Positions 24,666 to 37,885 of a stretch of 64,000 nt of DNA are shown here, one piece after another. The stretch comes from Camelus ferus (taxonomy: Eukaryota). Positions within the stretch are counted from its first letter, which is position 1, and every line of letters starts with the position of its first letter. The notes under the pieces were generated by a model that saw nothing but the letters and a program-made list of their open reading frames with translations, had not been told where the DNA came from and made no database searches. The stretch spans positions 24,306,001-24,370,000 of the forward strand of contig NC_045696.1 of NCBI RefSeq assembly GCF_009834535.1, written 5' to 3'. The translations under genes and the position numbers were made by a program.

Positions 24666-27252
24666 GTAAGTTGCTCCAAGGATGGGCCAAAACAGTGCAT
24701 GCCAATAGGATTCAGTGCAGTGGAGTCTGGCTGGAAAGGGGCGTGAGGAAAATGTCTGTGGTGACTGAAATGTTTTATATCTCATTTTGGGCGGTGTTGC
24801 ACTGATGTATACACCAGTTGTCAAAACTCACACAGGTGAACGCTTAAAACATGCATATTACACTTGAATTTTTAAATTAAGTAATTTTTATAAGGTAAAA
24901 GGAACAACAACAAGAACAATTTCAGGCATGAGTCCTTATGAACTGTCTTTTTCAACAATTGGCTTTCATCAAATAAATGTATTTTAAAGCAGCAGTACAA
25001 TGAGTGTAGTATTTGCTAAGAGTATCTGCGGGGCAAAGAGAAGGTTAGGTCAGCACCACCTGTTTGTTTCTGGCCCTCTGACTAGACACCAGACTGCCTG
25101 CTGGCTTATTCCAGCTTTTCTGAACACAGGGAGAGTGGCACTAATAGCAGTGAGCCTCATGCTTGCAAGATGGACACCATATGTTTTCACTGTCATTTCA
25201 GAACTGTTCTCATCCATCTCTTTCCTCTACCCTTTTAGCATCTAAAGTCTGATGACCCCGAGAAATTTAATATAAGAAGGTACCATGAATGAAATGTTAA
25301 TTTTTTTCATCTAACACAAAAGGAAGACTTATCTACAGGAGTGTTTATTCTCTTCCAATAGCTATTACTTATCAAGTTAACACCAAAACTTCCAAAGTGT
25401 GTCTTAAAATAAATAATCAGGCTTCTTATGGACAGTTGTGAAAACTGATTAAGAGCTCCCGCACACATTATTTAAAGATACCATTTACACATGACAGGAA
25501 TTCTAAATAAACTATATCAAACGTCAGAGAAATCGCAACAGGTGACAGAATTTTCAGAAAGAGGGAACAAATTGGTACTTAAGACATTCAAATAAGAAAA
25601 TGACATTTTTAAGGTGGGATGGGTGATGGGCTATTGCGCTGGGTCTTGGGTTCTTTAAAATGACCAGATTAGGATTGAATCACAAAATAATTTATGTATA
25701 ATTTGAGATTTCAGACTATAGCTGTTAAATTTGAAATGTGTATTTCTGCCTTCCTTGGGTTCCGTTTGTGTGATTTCAGAAGAATTCACTGGCAAAGCTC
25801 TGTGCTTTTTGGCCACAGGCATCTGTTTACAATTTCTTATCCTGGAGATATCTAAAGTGCCTGGAGGAAGAGGGTGAAAAGGCCTGTGTGTGAAGGGTGA
25901 TGTTAGTCAGACTGAACAGTGGAGGGGACAATACGTGCAGACTGCTCCAGGGGCTTGTGCGTGTTTTAGAATTTAATTCTAAGCGCAAGCCCCAAAGAAA
26001 CATAATCCTATTGCCTACATTATTTTTTTTCCCAAATTGTCCTTTATTTCTGGAGCTAATTTCTTCTCAGCCACTAAAAATAATTACTTGCCTTTTGAGC
26101 CGCACGCTGTAGTAATAAGACAATGTAATTTACTTATGAGGAAAAGAACCCGTATGTGGCTTTAACATTGCATTTGATGTTTACAGTTTTAGAATCTCTA
26201 AGGTGTGGAGAGCAAGCTGAGCAGGGTTTTCAGTCTCCTGCTGTCTTCTGTGTGGGAAACCTACCTCCCCCAAAGCCTTAGGAAATAGCTTCTCTCCTAC
26301 TCCATACATAGAAATGGCTTCTTTTCCTCATTATTTTATTGTTTTATCCAATCTCTTACTTTCTCTCCTTCTCTCTAACTCCTACTTTTTTTCTTCAGCC
26401 CACTCTAACTTTCAGCTTTTTTAGGTATGTGGTGATAACTATTTATATGTTCAGTTTCGGATCAGTGTGTTCTTAAGTGGTTACAAAATAGGCTGCACTC
26501 AATAATTAGTAAAAATAAAAAAGTAATGCCACATGGAAATAAATATTATTTGGAAAAAAAGTATTAGGACTTTGAGAAACGATTTCCATGCCTCATTTGC
26601 AAATAAGATGTGTAATTCAGACAGCACAGAGTGAACAACTTGAGTTTTGCTAGGTTTCTCCAGCTCAGTGTGGTCAACCCGTCTCTCCTAGCCAGCCCTA
26701 GAAGCAGCTGGAATGCAGAGTGCACCTAGCTTCCACTCAAATGCACGCACCGTATTCCCGCATTTCTAACCTTTGACAAAGCAGGTCCCCTCTGGCCATC
26801 TTCTCAGGAACTTAGAGTTTGTCAGGGGGTCACAAATTTAGATGACCCTGGTGATGTCCGGCCAGTTCCCCCTCCCCAGGCTCCGCAAACTTTCACACAG
26901 TTCACTGTGGCCTTTGTTACACATGGAAAGTTCTACTTATTGAAACACCAAGAGCAGAATAACTGGTTTTGTACTTGCAAAGCCAGCGTGAGTTCATCTA
27001 TCTTTTGTCACTCGGTATGATCATCATCTCTATTATTCAGGTCTTTGTGAGCATCAAGTGTGCTTGTATGTGAGTTTTTCAGCTGGTTGATGCTTTCTGT
27101 TTGCTTATCTGGTTGCCAAGGAAATTGGAAAGTGACTCTGGGCTCCTTTATGCACTTTCCATCAGAGCTTGTTTATTATTCACAGTTTGCTTTGCTCCTG
27201 AGTTAGTTTTATGTTCCCTAAAGCTTGATGCTGCTCAGAGTGAAATTTGAAG

Positions 27253-27264
27253 TTTTTTTTTTGG

Positions 27265-27298
<34 letters not shown>

Positions 27299-27300
27299 GT
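27253..27300. repeat. T-rich/(GTTT)n simple repeat
   Basis: Seen directly. Confidence 0.85.
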
Positions 27301-30300
27301 GGCTTGCCTATTAAAATCGCAAGTCTGGGCAAGACTGGACCCGAAACTGGTACTAACGGAGCAGAGTCAGGCTTGTTCTCAGAGTGTTTGAAGCCTTACT
27401 AGGTGCTCGTTTGGTTAACTCAGACCTATGATTCTTACGGATGCCATCTGACTGGTGATGCTTCAGCCGCCTTGAAGGAGTGCTCTTTAATCCAATGAGC
27501 TTCGCTTGCTTTGGTCTGGCACCCAGAGGGATTTCAGGTGCCGCCTCACCGATGGTAATTCTGAGCCATTTACTCGACAGCAATTTTTGTTGCTGCGAAA
27601 TGTTGCAGATATTTGAGATGATGCCTCTAATCATGTTAGTACACGGTTGTGTATCAAATTCAAGTATTAAAATTTAAACCAAAACATTATTTGAGTGCAT
27701 TTGGTATCAAAAATTTCCCATACAGATCACAGGCAAAAAAGGTACAAATATTAAGAATCACAACTGAATAGCAGAGGAGTGGTTGTAAAAGCAGTATTTT
27801 CTAAAGGAGAAAAATCCTTAATCAAATAATACAACACTAGAAAAGTTAGTAAAATTCCTGTCAAAGCATCTTGCAGAGTGGACCTTTCCATAGAACATGG
27901 ACAGAATTAGCCAAAAAAGAAATCATGTATTTTGATGTGTCTTTTAAAAAGTGTGTGTTTGAGTTAATTGCAAGTATTATGGTGGAGAAAACTTTATCTG
28001 GAGCAACATTTTTTTTTCCTGCTAAATGTAACTGATTGAATTCTGTAGATTTTTTGCTTTCATTATGTAATGAAACACACATGTATGTTTGTCAGCAGCT
28101 GAATTCAGGATGTTACTCATTTTGTAATAGAAGACAATCATCTTAAAAAAAAGTGAAAATATGAGGTGTAGCAAAATTAATAGCTCGCAAAAGCCAAATG
28201 TATCCAAAAAGATCCATCCACACAAAACTTTTCCAGTGTTCACCTTACCTCTTTATCTTCTTGCCCAGTTTAATTGCCTTTCCTATTCTTAAGATTTACT
28301 TCTGACTCACTTTTGGCTAATTTTTCAATCAAATTTACGCTCAGAAGATGAAGATACATAACCATTTGAACATTCAGAAAAAATGTGGCACAGAAAATGA
28401 AAGTCATCTTCAGAAAGGAACTTGAAAAAATGTTTGGAGCAATGGCAGACTTATTAGACTGAGTGTGCAGCCTCCCAAATGGATACTTTAAAAGCAACAC
28501 ACATACTTGGATGTGTAAATCCTGATTTTTTTTTTTTAAATGTCATACTAGTCTATGTCTTATGATTTTCCTAGTAGTGCATTTCTGTCTTGGGAATGTT
28601 TGTAGACCAAGGCTGCTTGTTACCCCGTCAGCCAGCATGAGAACACACATGGAATTTAGAAGAGACACTTTCTCTAGGCTAATATAATATTGTGAAACCT
28701 CCATAGGTACTGACTCCAAAAAACGAGATGGCGCTGATTCAGTGAAAAGCAACAGAGCTTGATAATCCAGTTTGTGTTTAAGATGTCAATCATATCTCTA
28801 TTCAATAGAACAGAACTTTGCATCCAAAAATAATATGTAAGACTCACATCTCTAGCGTGATGAAAAACAAAATGGATTCAGAAGTTTTTATATTTAGAGA
28901 TTTGTCTCTGTTTTGAAAATAATGACCTAAATATTTTCTAAGTACTTAATTTAAAAACTGTGTTCCTCTTCGCTGTGATAATTGAGGATTTATAGAGCAG
29001 ACATACTGTATCTTAAATTAAGTTTTTCATAATTAGGGAGTCATCATTTTCCAAACATACAATCTTCTTTTTTTTGTTGTTGTTTTTCCCTTTAGGTTCT
29101 TGCAACCTTCTTTTATTCAAGCATCTACTTTCCTTTTTTCTCTGTGTTAGCTCTCACTTTGCAAGTCTTCATTTGGGTCCCTCCTTGTCCTGGCTCACTT
29201 CTGAGTCATCTCATTTTCAGGTAGCACACCTGGAGTCAGTGGGCCAACTCAATACTTCTAATGAAAACTCACTCTTCTACCTCTGAGTTCCTTGTACTGC
29301 ATATACCATGCATAATTCCAGATGACATAATATTACACTGGTAAAATAGATTACGCTTGTTGTAGTTATAAACCACCTCAGGCCATCTCTTGGACACATA
29401 ACACCCATTAGTTCTCTCAGTGGAGTTCACAGTTGCTGTTTATTCTACCGTTTTTCTCTCTTTTTCCTATCCATGCCCATTCTGTCTATTTGACAAGATG
29501 TAAACTCTTTCCGTTTGCCATTATTTCCTGTGAACAATACCATCCATCATTTTACCTAGCCAGCACAAAGTTTTGCCCCTAGTTCAGCACATTTCCATTC
29601 AAGTTTTTTGGCAAGCTAGAAAGAACCATGGTGTTCATCTCAGTGAAGATATAAAAGAGCAAGTTATAAAGGTGAGTCTGCAACTCATCTTTATTAACTA
29701 CTGTCGTCTGGTGTTCCAAAGGAGCAAATGGAGCTGCAGACTGCGGTTTTTTCTAAGCCTGAGCTGAGAACAGCTTTTTGGATCCAACAATCCTCCCAGG
29801 CATATATTAACATATTTGATTTGCATTTGGAGAAGGGAGGAGAGAGGAGGAAGTTTCGTGTCTGAAGACCTGAGGGGGGCTTTGGGAGATGTGCATGAAG
29901 ACAACATAGAGGTTAATGTGGCCTCTCATTCCTGGGTGGGATGGGGAATGGGTAGCTCAGAGCTCTGTGGATTCAGAAATTAGAAATCTTTTTCCCCATT
30001 TACGCAGGGAAGACTGAAGGAAAGATAGTGCCAGGATGACACGGCAGTGCTGTGCCATGGTGGGGACACCAGGAGCTGTTCTGGATAAAATAATATTCTT
30101 CTCAGGGATCAGTGGCCTCAGATAGGCAGTCCCTCTGGTGCACCCACAGACATGGCAAAAAGCCAGGAGAGTCTGAACCAGCACAGCCAGATGACTTCTC
30201 AACACTCAAGACACTGGAAGGTGCCAGAATTTCTTGGGTGGTACGAAAACCCTTCAGGACCTAAAATTCCTTATAAGCAAGTAGTGGACGGAAGCCTATA

Positions 30301-31907
30301 ACTTTGTCTGCAGATATTAATGCACTTTCATTCCACTTGCAGACTGAGGCCTGAAGGCTTTGGGATCTGATAAATAAAGAAAGAGGAAGAGAATATTGAG
30401 TGCATTACATGGGGTGGCGGGGGTGGGGGAGAACAAACTGGAAATCTGTCGAAATGCAAATATCTAAAATAAGGGAAGATGCTTTTCAAAATCTCCCTTC
30501 TTCACTTCCAGTGACTGATGTATACTGGTTTAAAGCCAGAAACATGTGGTACATCCATTAGTCTCAGTTTGGAATTAGATTTGAATTTCCAGACACAGTG
30601 CTTTTTCACAGGTCAAAATTTTTCAATTTTTCTTTTAGAGCTTTTGTAAATTTACTTCTTTCTAGGCCAAATCTGATGTGCTATGTGTAAAATTGTAGCT
30701 GTGATTTTGGCTCTTTCTATGTGTATAAGTATTAAGAAAGGCAGAGTTACCCGTTTTGACCATAACATGAACACCTCAATCTTCCTTGCCTTTGGGGGGT
30801 TTGCCTATGGCTTGAGTCTGAGCAGGAAACCTAATAACCTACTTGTCAAGCTGTTTTGCTAAATCCTGATAGAATAAGCATTCCAAGAACAAGACTAGCA
30901 GCCTCCTGTCTCCTCTAGGTGGTAAGGTCACCAAAAGATCACTTACAATTTCACTTCCTTTTAACATGAGCTTCTCTTAAACTTAGCTGGTCATGAGCTG
31001 CACCCTCAGAGCGCGACTCGGATTCTCACCCCCACACTCTGGGTGTAAGCAGGGACTTTAGGATGTGTCTCCTCATTGAGTATGTGACCTGGCATCTTAA
31101 CGCGGCCTCCAGGAGCAAAGTATAGGAAGCCAGTGGCAGCAGGGTCAGGGTGGCTCCTCCCTCATCTGCCTCATCCTGATAGGTCTCCTTCCAAGTACTT
31201 TTGGGTGTTCTACTCAAAAAGCTTCAGCTCATCCAGCTCATTCAGATGACTGAGATGTGCACATTAAGCAAACAAACCAAAAAGCCCCAATCCAAAAACC
31301 ACCCACCAGCCAAACACATACCAGGAGTTCATTTTCAAACAGTGAAACCCCTAAGCTGTTTTAAGAAAGCATTAAAAAAAACAAAACAAAACTGTGCAGC
31401 TTGGTCAACTATGTGGTGAAAAATTCTGCTCAGTCTTGTCCTTGCATTGTGGATGTGAACAAGTGGATAATGAGTTCTTTTTAAAATTTTCCAGCGGTGC
31501 TTGGGCCTTGTATAAATGCTAAATTTGCTAAATTTGCTAAATTTACACAAAAGCTCTAAGACTGATAAAATATTTTGTTTTAATGAATTTTTCCATTGCT
31601 AGCCCAAAACATTCTCTTCAAAGTGATAGACAGTATTCTTGTATGCTTGGTTTGGTTTATAACAATTTAAATTTTTTAAATTTAAAAATTTGAACAGAAT
31701 AGAAATTCACAGGAGCAATAAATTAATCTTTTCTCTTGGAACTGCTGTGAAATCCTAGGGAGTATGTGAGCTCTCTTAGCATAACCAAATAGTTAAAATG
31801 ACTGTAAGAAAGAATTTCTAAGCCAATGTTTATATTATCTAAAGCTAGGGAAAGACAATATTAGCAAATTAGAAGGGGAAAAAAAGAATAAATTGCTGAA
31901 AGTTAAG

Positions 31908-32310
31908 TGTTTAAATTAGGCTCCTTTAGTCGTAAGGTATAGAAACTGACCCAAAGTAGTTTAATTCAAAGAAGGGAGAGAGGTGTCCCTGGAATCCAGA
32001 TAAACCTGAACCCTGAAGCCACAGAACAGAGTCAGCGCTTCTCTCAAAATAGATGCTTCCCCTCTCAAGTGGTCTCTCTTTCAAGGTCCTTGTTTTTCTG
32101 GACTTTGCTTTTTAATCTGCTTTTATTCTAATTCTCTCTCATCTCAACTGACTTCTTTTGCTTATTTTTCCACAGGGTCTCAGACGGCTGCCCTGGCCTT
32201 GATCTTGCATGGCCTCAGGTTCAATGCAAACAGTTCACTGATCACAACCCTCTGCGTCGCTTAGAATGAATTCCGAACACGGAGAATCCGACTGGCCAGG
32301 CCACTGAGTC
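31908..32310 (-). mobile_element. Old MaLR LTR (MLT1L/M/N-like), antisense
   Basis: ttaggctcctttagtcgtaaggtatagaaactgacccaaagtagtttaa resembles the reversed old MLT1 3' end; gagaatccgactggccagg later. Confidence 0.5.
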
Positions 32311-32529
32311 ACTGCATTAGGAGCCTCCAAGACCACCAATGTCATGAAGAGATCAATCGGATTTTCTATCTTTGCATCTTTTCTATACAAGGTTGATACA
32401 GTTTCTATCATGTGCTTGAAGATGGAGAGGTAGGAAAAATTGAAATGTCATTTGTGGAAATATCAAGTGTTGCTATTTCCAAGTGTTGAATCATCTTCCA
32501 GGATTCTAAACAGGATTCATTTCTAAAAG

Positions 32530-32625
32530 CATTCATTGATTCACTCATTCGTTCAAGCTTTCAGTGACCTATCAAGTATTTATTGCATGTCTAATATGTG
32601 CAGGGCACTGGGCTTGGTGCTGAAA
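32530..32625 (-). mobile_element. LINE-2 3' tail fragment
   Basis: attcattgattcactcattcgttcaa...aagtatttattgcatgtctaatatgtgcagggcactg. Confidence 0.65.
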
Positions 32626-33384
32626 TTACCTCTTACCTCTAGGCCATTTAGAATTTGCTCTACACAATTTAATACTTAAGAGAATATAAGGCAGTGTATA
32701 ATTATTCTTGATTACTAGACGTGTATCTGTAACTGGAGTGTTTGCTTCTCATGAGCATGGGCTATCATAATTTGCATTCCAGCCTAAGATGGCTGTACAC
32801 TCAATGAACAGGAAACGTTCACGGGCTGGCTCTTTACCCATTCTGCTTTGAAGATTAAACACTTGGGAAAGATAGAGTTTAAATATTGCTAAAAATAATC
32901 CGATTTAATTACTTAGTGTGGGAAGCCTCTTCCTTCTCTTCGTGTCACTGTTTCATCTTCCTAGAAAAATATTGTTGTTCCCTTGTTTTGAAATCTAAAA
33001 TGAAGTATATGCTCTAGGTAAGGATATTATAGTATCCTATCTGGAATCTGACCCTGAAAATCATGTCAAATTTTGATTGACTTCAGAAGAATTTATTCTG
33101 GGCTTGGAAAAATTATCATAGTTGTTTCTTTTTGTACCATACTATAGAAAATGGCATTTAGGAAATCTTTTGCACATAATATTCATTTAAAACTACTGCA
33201 ACCCTTCCTGATATTTTGTCTTCATTAAAAGAAGACATCTCCCTGGAAGTCATGCTGGGTCCAGGGAAGGTGTGGAATGTGTGGGTAAGGGGTCAACTGC
33301 AGAGTGTAAGGTCCTAAGGCTGATGATTAAATTATGAATCACAACATACATATCCAAGTTTTTGTTTCAGCCCCTGCTGAAATT

Positions 33385-33490
33385 CTTTATTCATCAAATA
33401 TATATGGAACATTAATTATGTGCTAAGCACTGTTTTGGGAATATACTAATGACTGAGATTGGAAAAAGTGCCTTTCTTCGTGGACTAGAA
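33385..33490 (-). mobile_element. LINE-2 3' tail fragment
   Basis: ttattcatcaaatatatatggaacattaattatgtgctaagcactgttttggg. Confidence 0.55.
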
Positions 33491-34722
33491 GATGAAATTC
33501 TGAAGTTTTTCAGAAGAATATATGATATATTTTAGTGACTGTTTCTGAAAAAGATGTAGTCTTTAAAAAACTGCATAGTCAATCTCATATGGATGTTTAA
33601 TGTCTGATCTGTTTTCTTAAACTTATGTATGTGATTTTTTTATGCCCTTCTCATATTGATGGGCATCTATTATTTTGTTTCCTAAGCTCCTTTAAGAATT
33701 GCAACTTTAGTAAGGTCCAAAGAAAATCTACAGCCAATTATGTTGTTAGAATTATCTTCAAAGCTATTTGTGTTGGTTTTTAGCTTTTAACTTCTATTCA
33801 CGTATTTAACTAATGCTTGAGAGGGGGGTAGGGGAAAGGGCCAACTAAGTTTCTTTAAAATTAGATTTATTATTTATATGTATATATATATATATTATTT
33901 TTATCTTTTATATCTTGGGTTAAGCCTTATTTTCATTCTGAAATAAATGGAATGCCCTCAGAATCTATAGATGGAAAAGTTTCAGTGATGCCGGTACACA
34001 GTGTTCTCTGTTATCTAGATTTTTAAAAGTTTACCTTTACATCATTGGGTGACTCTGGGTTTCCTGTTCAATTCACTGTATCTAGTGACCTTTTGTGGAG
34101 TCTGTTCTTCTAAAGCTTTTGAGATGGGAACACACAGCATGTTGTGTTCCATGTCATGTCAGTCATTACTCTCTTTGACTTTTCTTGTGTTCTCAAGTCA
34201 ATATGTTCCAGATTAATGAGGCATTTGTTCTTAATCAAGAAACTATTTAAGAATACATTTTTAATTTTAATGACTTGTTTATGATTAATTGTCTCTGCAT
34301 GCCCTTCTCATACTTGAGGATACTTCAAATCTGCTGCCTTTTCCCTGAACAGTTCCCAAGCGCCTGAATACTGGTCGCTGCTATGACCCAGTGATCTCAA
34401 GGGACTGAACAAACAAGGTTATTGATTTCCTTGAGAAAATCATTCACACAGTTCGCTTAAACTAACAATCACCTTGAATAATCATAATTTTCAAAAGCAG
34501 TGTTAAACAAACTGTGTGGTTATACATTATATATTTTTAATGTTCCCTTTGAATGTATGTATCTAATGAAGTCCTACTGTTTTATGAGCAACGATATTAG
34601 AAATAATCTGTGAAGTAAACTCGTTCTCCCAACTGATCTATACCATGCCATTAGTTGCTTTAATTAAAATTTACTCTGTTAATATATGTTTTCTTTTTTA
34701 TTTAAGTAACCAACAGGGAAGG

Positions 34723-34748
34723 GTGTGTGTGTGTGTGTGTGTGTGTGT
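34723..34748. repeat. (GT)13 microsatellite
   Basis: Perfect dinucleotide run. Confidence 0.95.
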
Positions 34749-34789
34749 AATTTATTTGAAGCTACAAAACTAAGTGATCCATGACTCTG

Positions 34790-35048
34790 AATAATAAGCT
34801 AACATCTATTGAGTGCTTACTATCTGGCAGGCTTTGTTCCAAGTGCGTAAAATCTATTAATTCATTTACTGTTCATAACTACAATTTGAGGGAGCCCGGT
34901 TTTTATTCCTGTCTTACAGATCAGGAATCTGAGGCACAGAAGTAAGTGATTTGCCCAAGGTCACATGGATAATAAGTGGCAGATTGGAGGTTGAGAACCT
35001 GGTAATATGGCTCCCAAACTCAACTTCCTAAGCACAAGGCTGTACCAC
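34790..35048 (-). mobile_element. Near full-length MIR SINE, antisense
   Basis: agctaacatctattgagtgcttactat...ttacagatcaggaatctgaggcacagaagtaagtgatttgcccaaggtcaca. Confidence 0.9.
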
Positions 35049-35796
35049 TCTATACATGAAGAAGCTCTCAGTTTTGGCAGTCCCTTCTTAGGAACCATAG
35101 TTATTCTGTACTATCTGTAATTCATTTGTAAACGTGACTCACCTATGGCCATGGAGCTACATACTTTGTCCTTTGGTCCTTCCCCAATAGGTGCTAAAAA
35201 TGGGACAGATGAGTTAGACCCTTTCACAATTCATATATTTCTTTATTTGATAGATGTATGTTTCCTTTAAACAGGGCAGATATTGACATTTTAGAGATTG
35301 CATAAAATTAGGATGAGAAATGGAAACTAGAATTGATAGACATCCTTTCTTTCCCTACGGTGGCCATGAGCATCTGAAACAATCACAGTAGGTATTCAGG
35401 GATCGGGCTGACCGTGTCATGTTTGCCTAGGTAACTGATTTTCTTTTTGGATTTCAGTCCATTTCAAAGCATCCTAGGAGAAATATGACTCAGCTTTTAA
35501 GATGAGGATTCAATATAACTGTGTTCTTGTTCCACCTAGGATACCATGCTTTAGAATCATTTAAGATTTGTTGTTTCCAGTGTAAATCCTGATGGGAAAG
35601 ATGGGTTTCAATTTTCCTGCCACTGAAGACAACATAGTAGATAGAAATAGAATGTTAGTCTATCAGATTCATTGGCAAGAAATTAGTAAGTGTGGTTTGA
35701 AATTTTCTTTCGTAAGTTACTTTCCACATGCTCCTGACAAGTCCCTTGATCTCTCTGAGGCTCAGCCTTCCCTTCCATGAGTTTAAATGGTGGGAA

Positions 35797-36368
35797 TGTT
35801 TTTCATCCGGACTCTTTGGCTTCCAAGTGACAGAATTCAACTAAGATTATTTTAAACAAAGTAGGAGATTTACAAGACCCAAGGGTAGAGATGTAGCTGG
35901 ACTTGATGGAGAACTGGAGGGAGAGATCTGAGCACCATTAAGACTCTGTGTGGCTCTTCCCTTTTTGTTTTCTGGGTTATGCTTTCTTTTTTTTCCCTCT
36001 GTCTCTTATTGCCTCCCTTTTCTGTTCCACATGATTGGAAATGTGGTTACTGATGGTTGGCCTCTTAGTTTTAGACATTATAGTTCAGGTACCCCAAAAA
36101 TGACTGTCAGTTCTAGATGAAATATTCTCAAGGATGGATTCCAATTTCCCATTTGTATCAGGTACCCAGCTGGGATTTATAAGATTGGCTTGGAGGATGA
36201 GGTCTGGGGTAGGGATAATGATGAGGCCATCTTGAGCCTCATGTTTACTGCTGGGCCAATCCACTGTTGCCCCAGAACAGTCTATGGTAACCTCATAAAT
36301 GGGGTGAGGAAGATGGACAATTCCCACATGAGAAGGCTGGACAGATGACCCCATATGTGTCCACTATA
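35797..36368 (-). mobile_element. Old MaLR LTR (MLT1J/K-like), antisense
   Basis: ggactctttggcttccaagtgacagaattcaactaagattattttaaacaaag reversed 3' end; ...tgtccactata end. Confidence 0.6.
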
Positions 36369-36931
36369 GTTAATTCCTTGCCTATACATAAATAATAGGC
36401 CCTTTTTTTCTCTTTGACCATAATAAATGAGACATGAAAAGTCTACTTTTTTGTATTTTATGAAAGTAAATACTTAAAAAGAAAATTATTCTATGAAACA
36501 CATATTTTGGAATACATACTTTATATGGTCCAAATTGGTAGATTATAATCTGATGGGTATAAAATATTTAGCCCAAGCCTACTATACATATATAGATTCT
36601 TTTATAAAATATCTTTGTCTATGTTTTCCCTGTAAATGGATATGTATATTTTTTTAATTGGTTAAAATTGAGTTTGAGGGTTCAGGGAGGGCTTGATAAA
36701 AAAGGTAAATATTGTAGGGAGGGCAATTAACTTGCGAGTTATTGCGAATGTAACTGAATAATAAAAAAAAGTAAGACTTGGGGCCAGGGAAAATAATAGG
36801 ATTGAATAAGAAAAAAATAGAGATTAATTGGATATAGTAGATTAACAGGTAAGAAGTTAAATTAAAAAAAGTCTTTTATGAAAGCTGGAAGCTGGTATGA
36901 GCTTGTAGTTTGAGTCTTAGGAGAACCAGGC

Positions 36932-37482
36932 TATGATGGATATTTTCTGCTGGGCTCCCTCCCCACCCCAAACCTTTTCTCCCCCTTTGCATCGTCTGCG
37001 CCCTGGGAGTCTGAGTTTTCTAACAGCTTCTCTCAGACTCCCTTCCTGGCTGGCTTCTGTCTGGATTCTACCAGCTGAAGGCTGACTCACTGGCCAGGAG
37101 GTTAGGGAACAAGAGGAGAGAGAGAGGTCAGAGCTCTCTTCTCGGCTCCCTCCCTGCCTCATGCTGTGTCCTTCCCTGCTGCAGGGAGGCTGTGAGGAGG
37201 CTCAGCTCAAGGCTCCAGCTTTCCCTGGGCTGTGCCAAAGCCCGTTGCCTCTTCCCATCACCCTTTCAGCCTCGGATTGGGGCCAGTGGGGAGGCAGGGA
37301 TGGCAGTGGGGCAGTTTACAGGTAACTGCTTCCTTCTGTCACTAGTCTCTGGTGCCTAATCTTCCCTTCTTTATTTCCTTAACCCTGCTCACACTTCTAC
37401 TTCATGGTTCCTGCCTTAAAGTCTATTCATTTGAAATGTTGTGGATGAATTATTTTTGCTGCTGAAACCCTAATAATTTACA
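36932..37482 (+). mobile_element. ERVL LTR (LTR33-like)
   Basis: tatgatggatat start; ctcccttcctggctggcttctg...gaggagagagagaggtcag...ggctccctccctgc; ctgctgaaaccctaataatttaca end. Confidence 0.75.
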
Positions 37483-37489
37483 AGTGAGG

Positions 37490-37885
37490 GAACTTATACA
37501 TGTATACTTAGATATAAACATTTTATATGTATATACAAGATTTTATTTATAAAGAGATTTATTTCAGTAATTGGCTTTTGCAATTGTAGAGGCTGATAAA
37601 TTCAAAATCTGTAGGGGAGGGCGGGCTGGCAGGCTAGAAACTCTTGGGCAGCAGCTGATCTTGGCAGTCTTGAGACAGGATTTCTTCTTCCTTTGGGAGA
37701 CCTTAGTTTTACCCTTAAGGCCTTTCAATTGATCGAATGCAGCCCAGCCCCATTGTTGAGGATAACCTTTACTTAAAGCCGGCTGATCCTAGGTGTTAAC
37801 TACATCTGCAAAATAACCTACACAGCAATACCTAGGTTAGTGTTTGAGTGACAAGGTAAGTTGACACATAAAACTAACAATCACA
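37490..37885 (-). mobile_element. ERVL LTR (MLT2C/D-like), antisense
   Basis: aagagatttatttcagtaattggc...cttaaggcctttcaattgat...aagttgacacataaaactaacaatcaca (reversed MLT2 5' end). Confidence 0.85.

Larger units (their letters stand above)
20990..24900 (+). mobile_element. Old internally deleted LINE-1 (L1ME/L1M4-like): ORF1 remnant, ORF2 remnant and 3' UTR, split by two LTR insertions
   Basis: ORF1-like ggggcagaagaaatatttgaagagataatga; ORF2-like ggacctagaatagccaaagcaatattg and tcaagtcagtgtggtattggc; 3' UTR atgaatgagtctcaaaaacataatactgagcaaaagaagccaga. No intact reading frame. Confidence 0.85.

Noticed and set aside
25050..25070. REST/RE1 site (TCAGCACC)
   Set aside because: Left half-site only; the GGACAG half is absent.
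31517..31543. (TGCTAAATT)x3 tandem repeat
   Set aside because: Simple slippage duplication with no spacers or sign of function.
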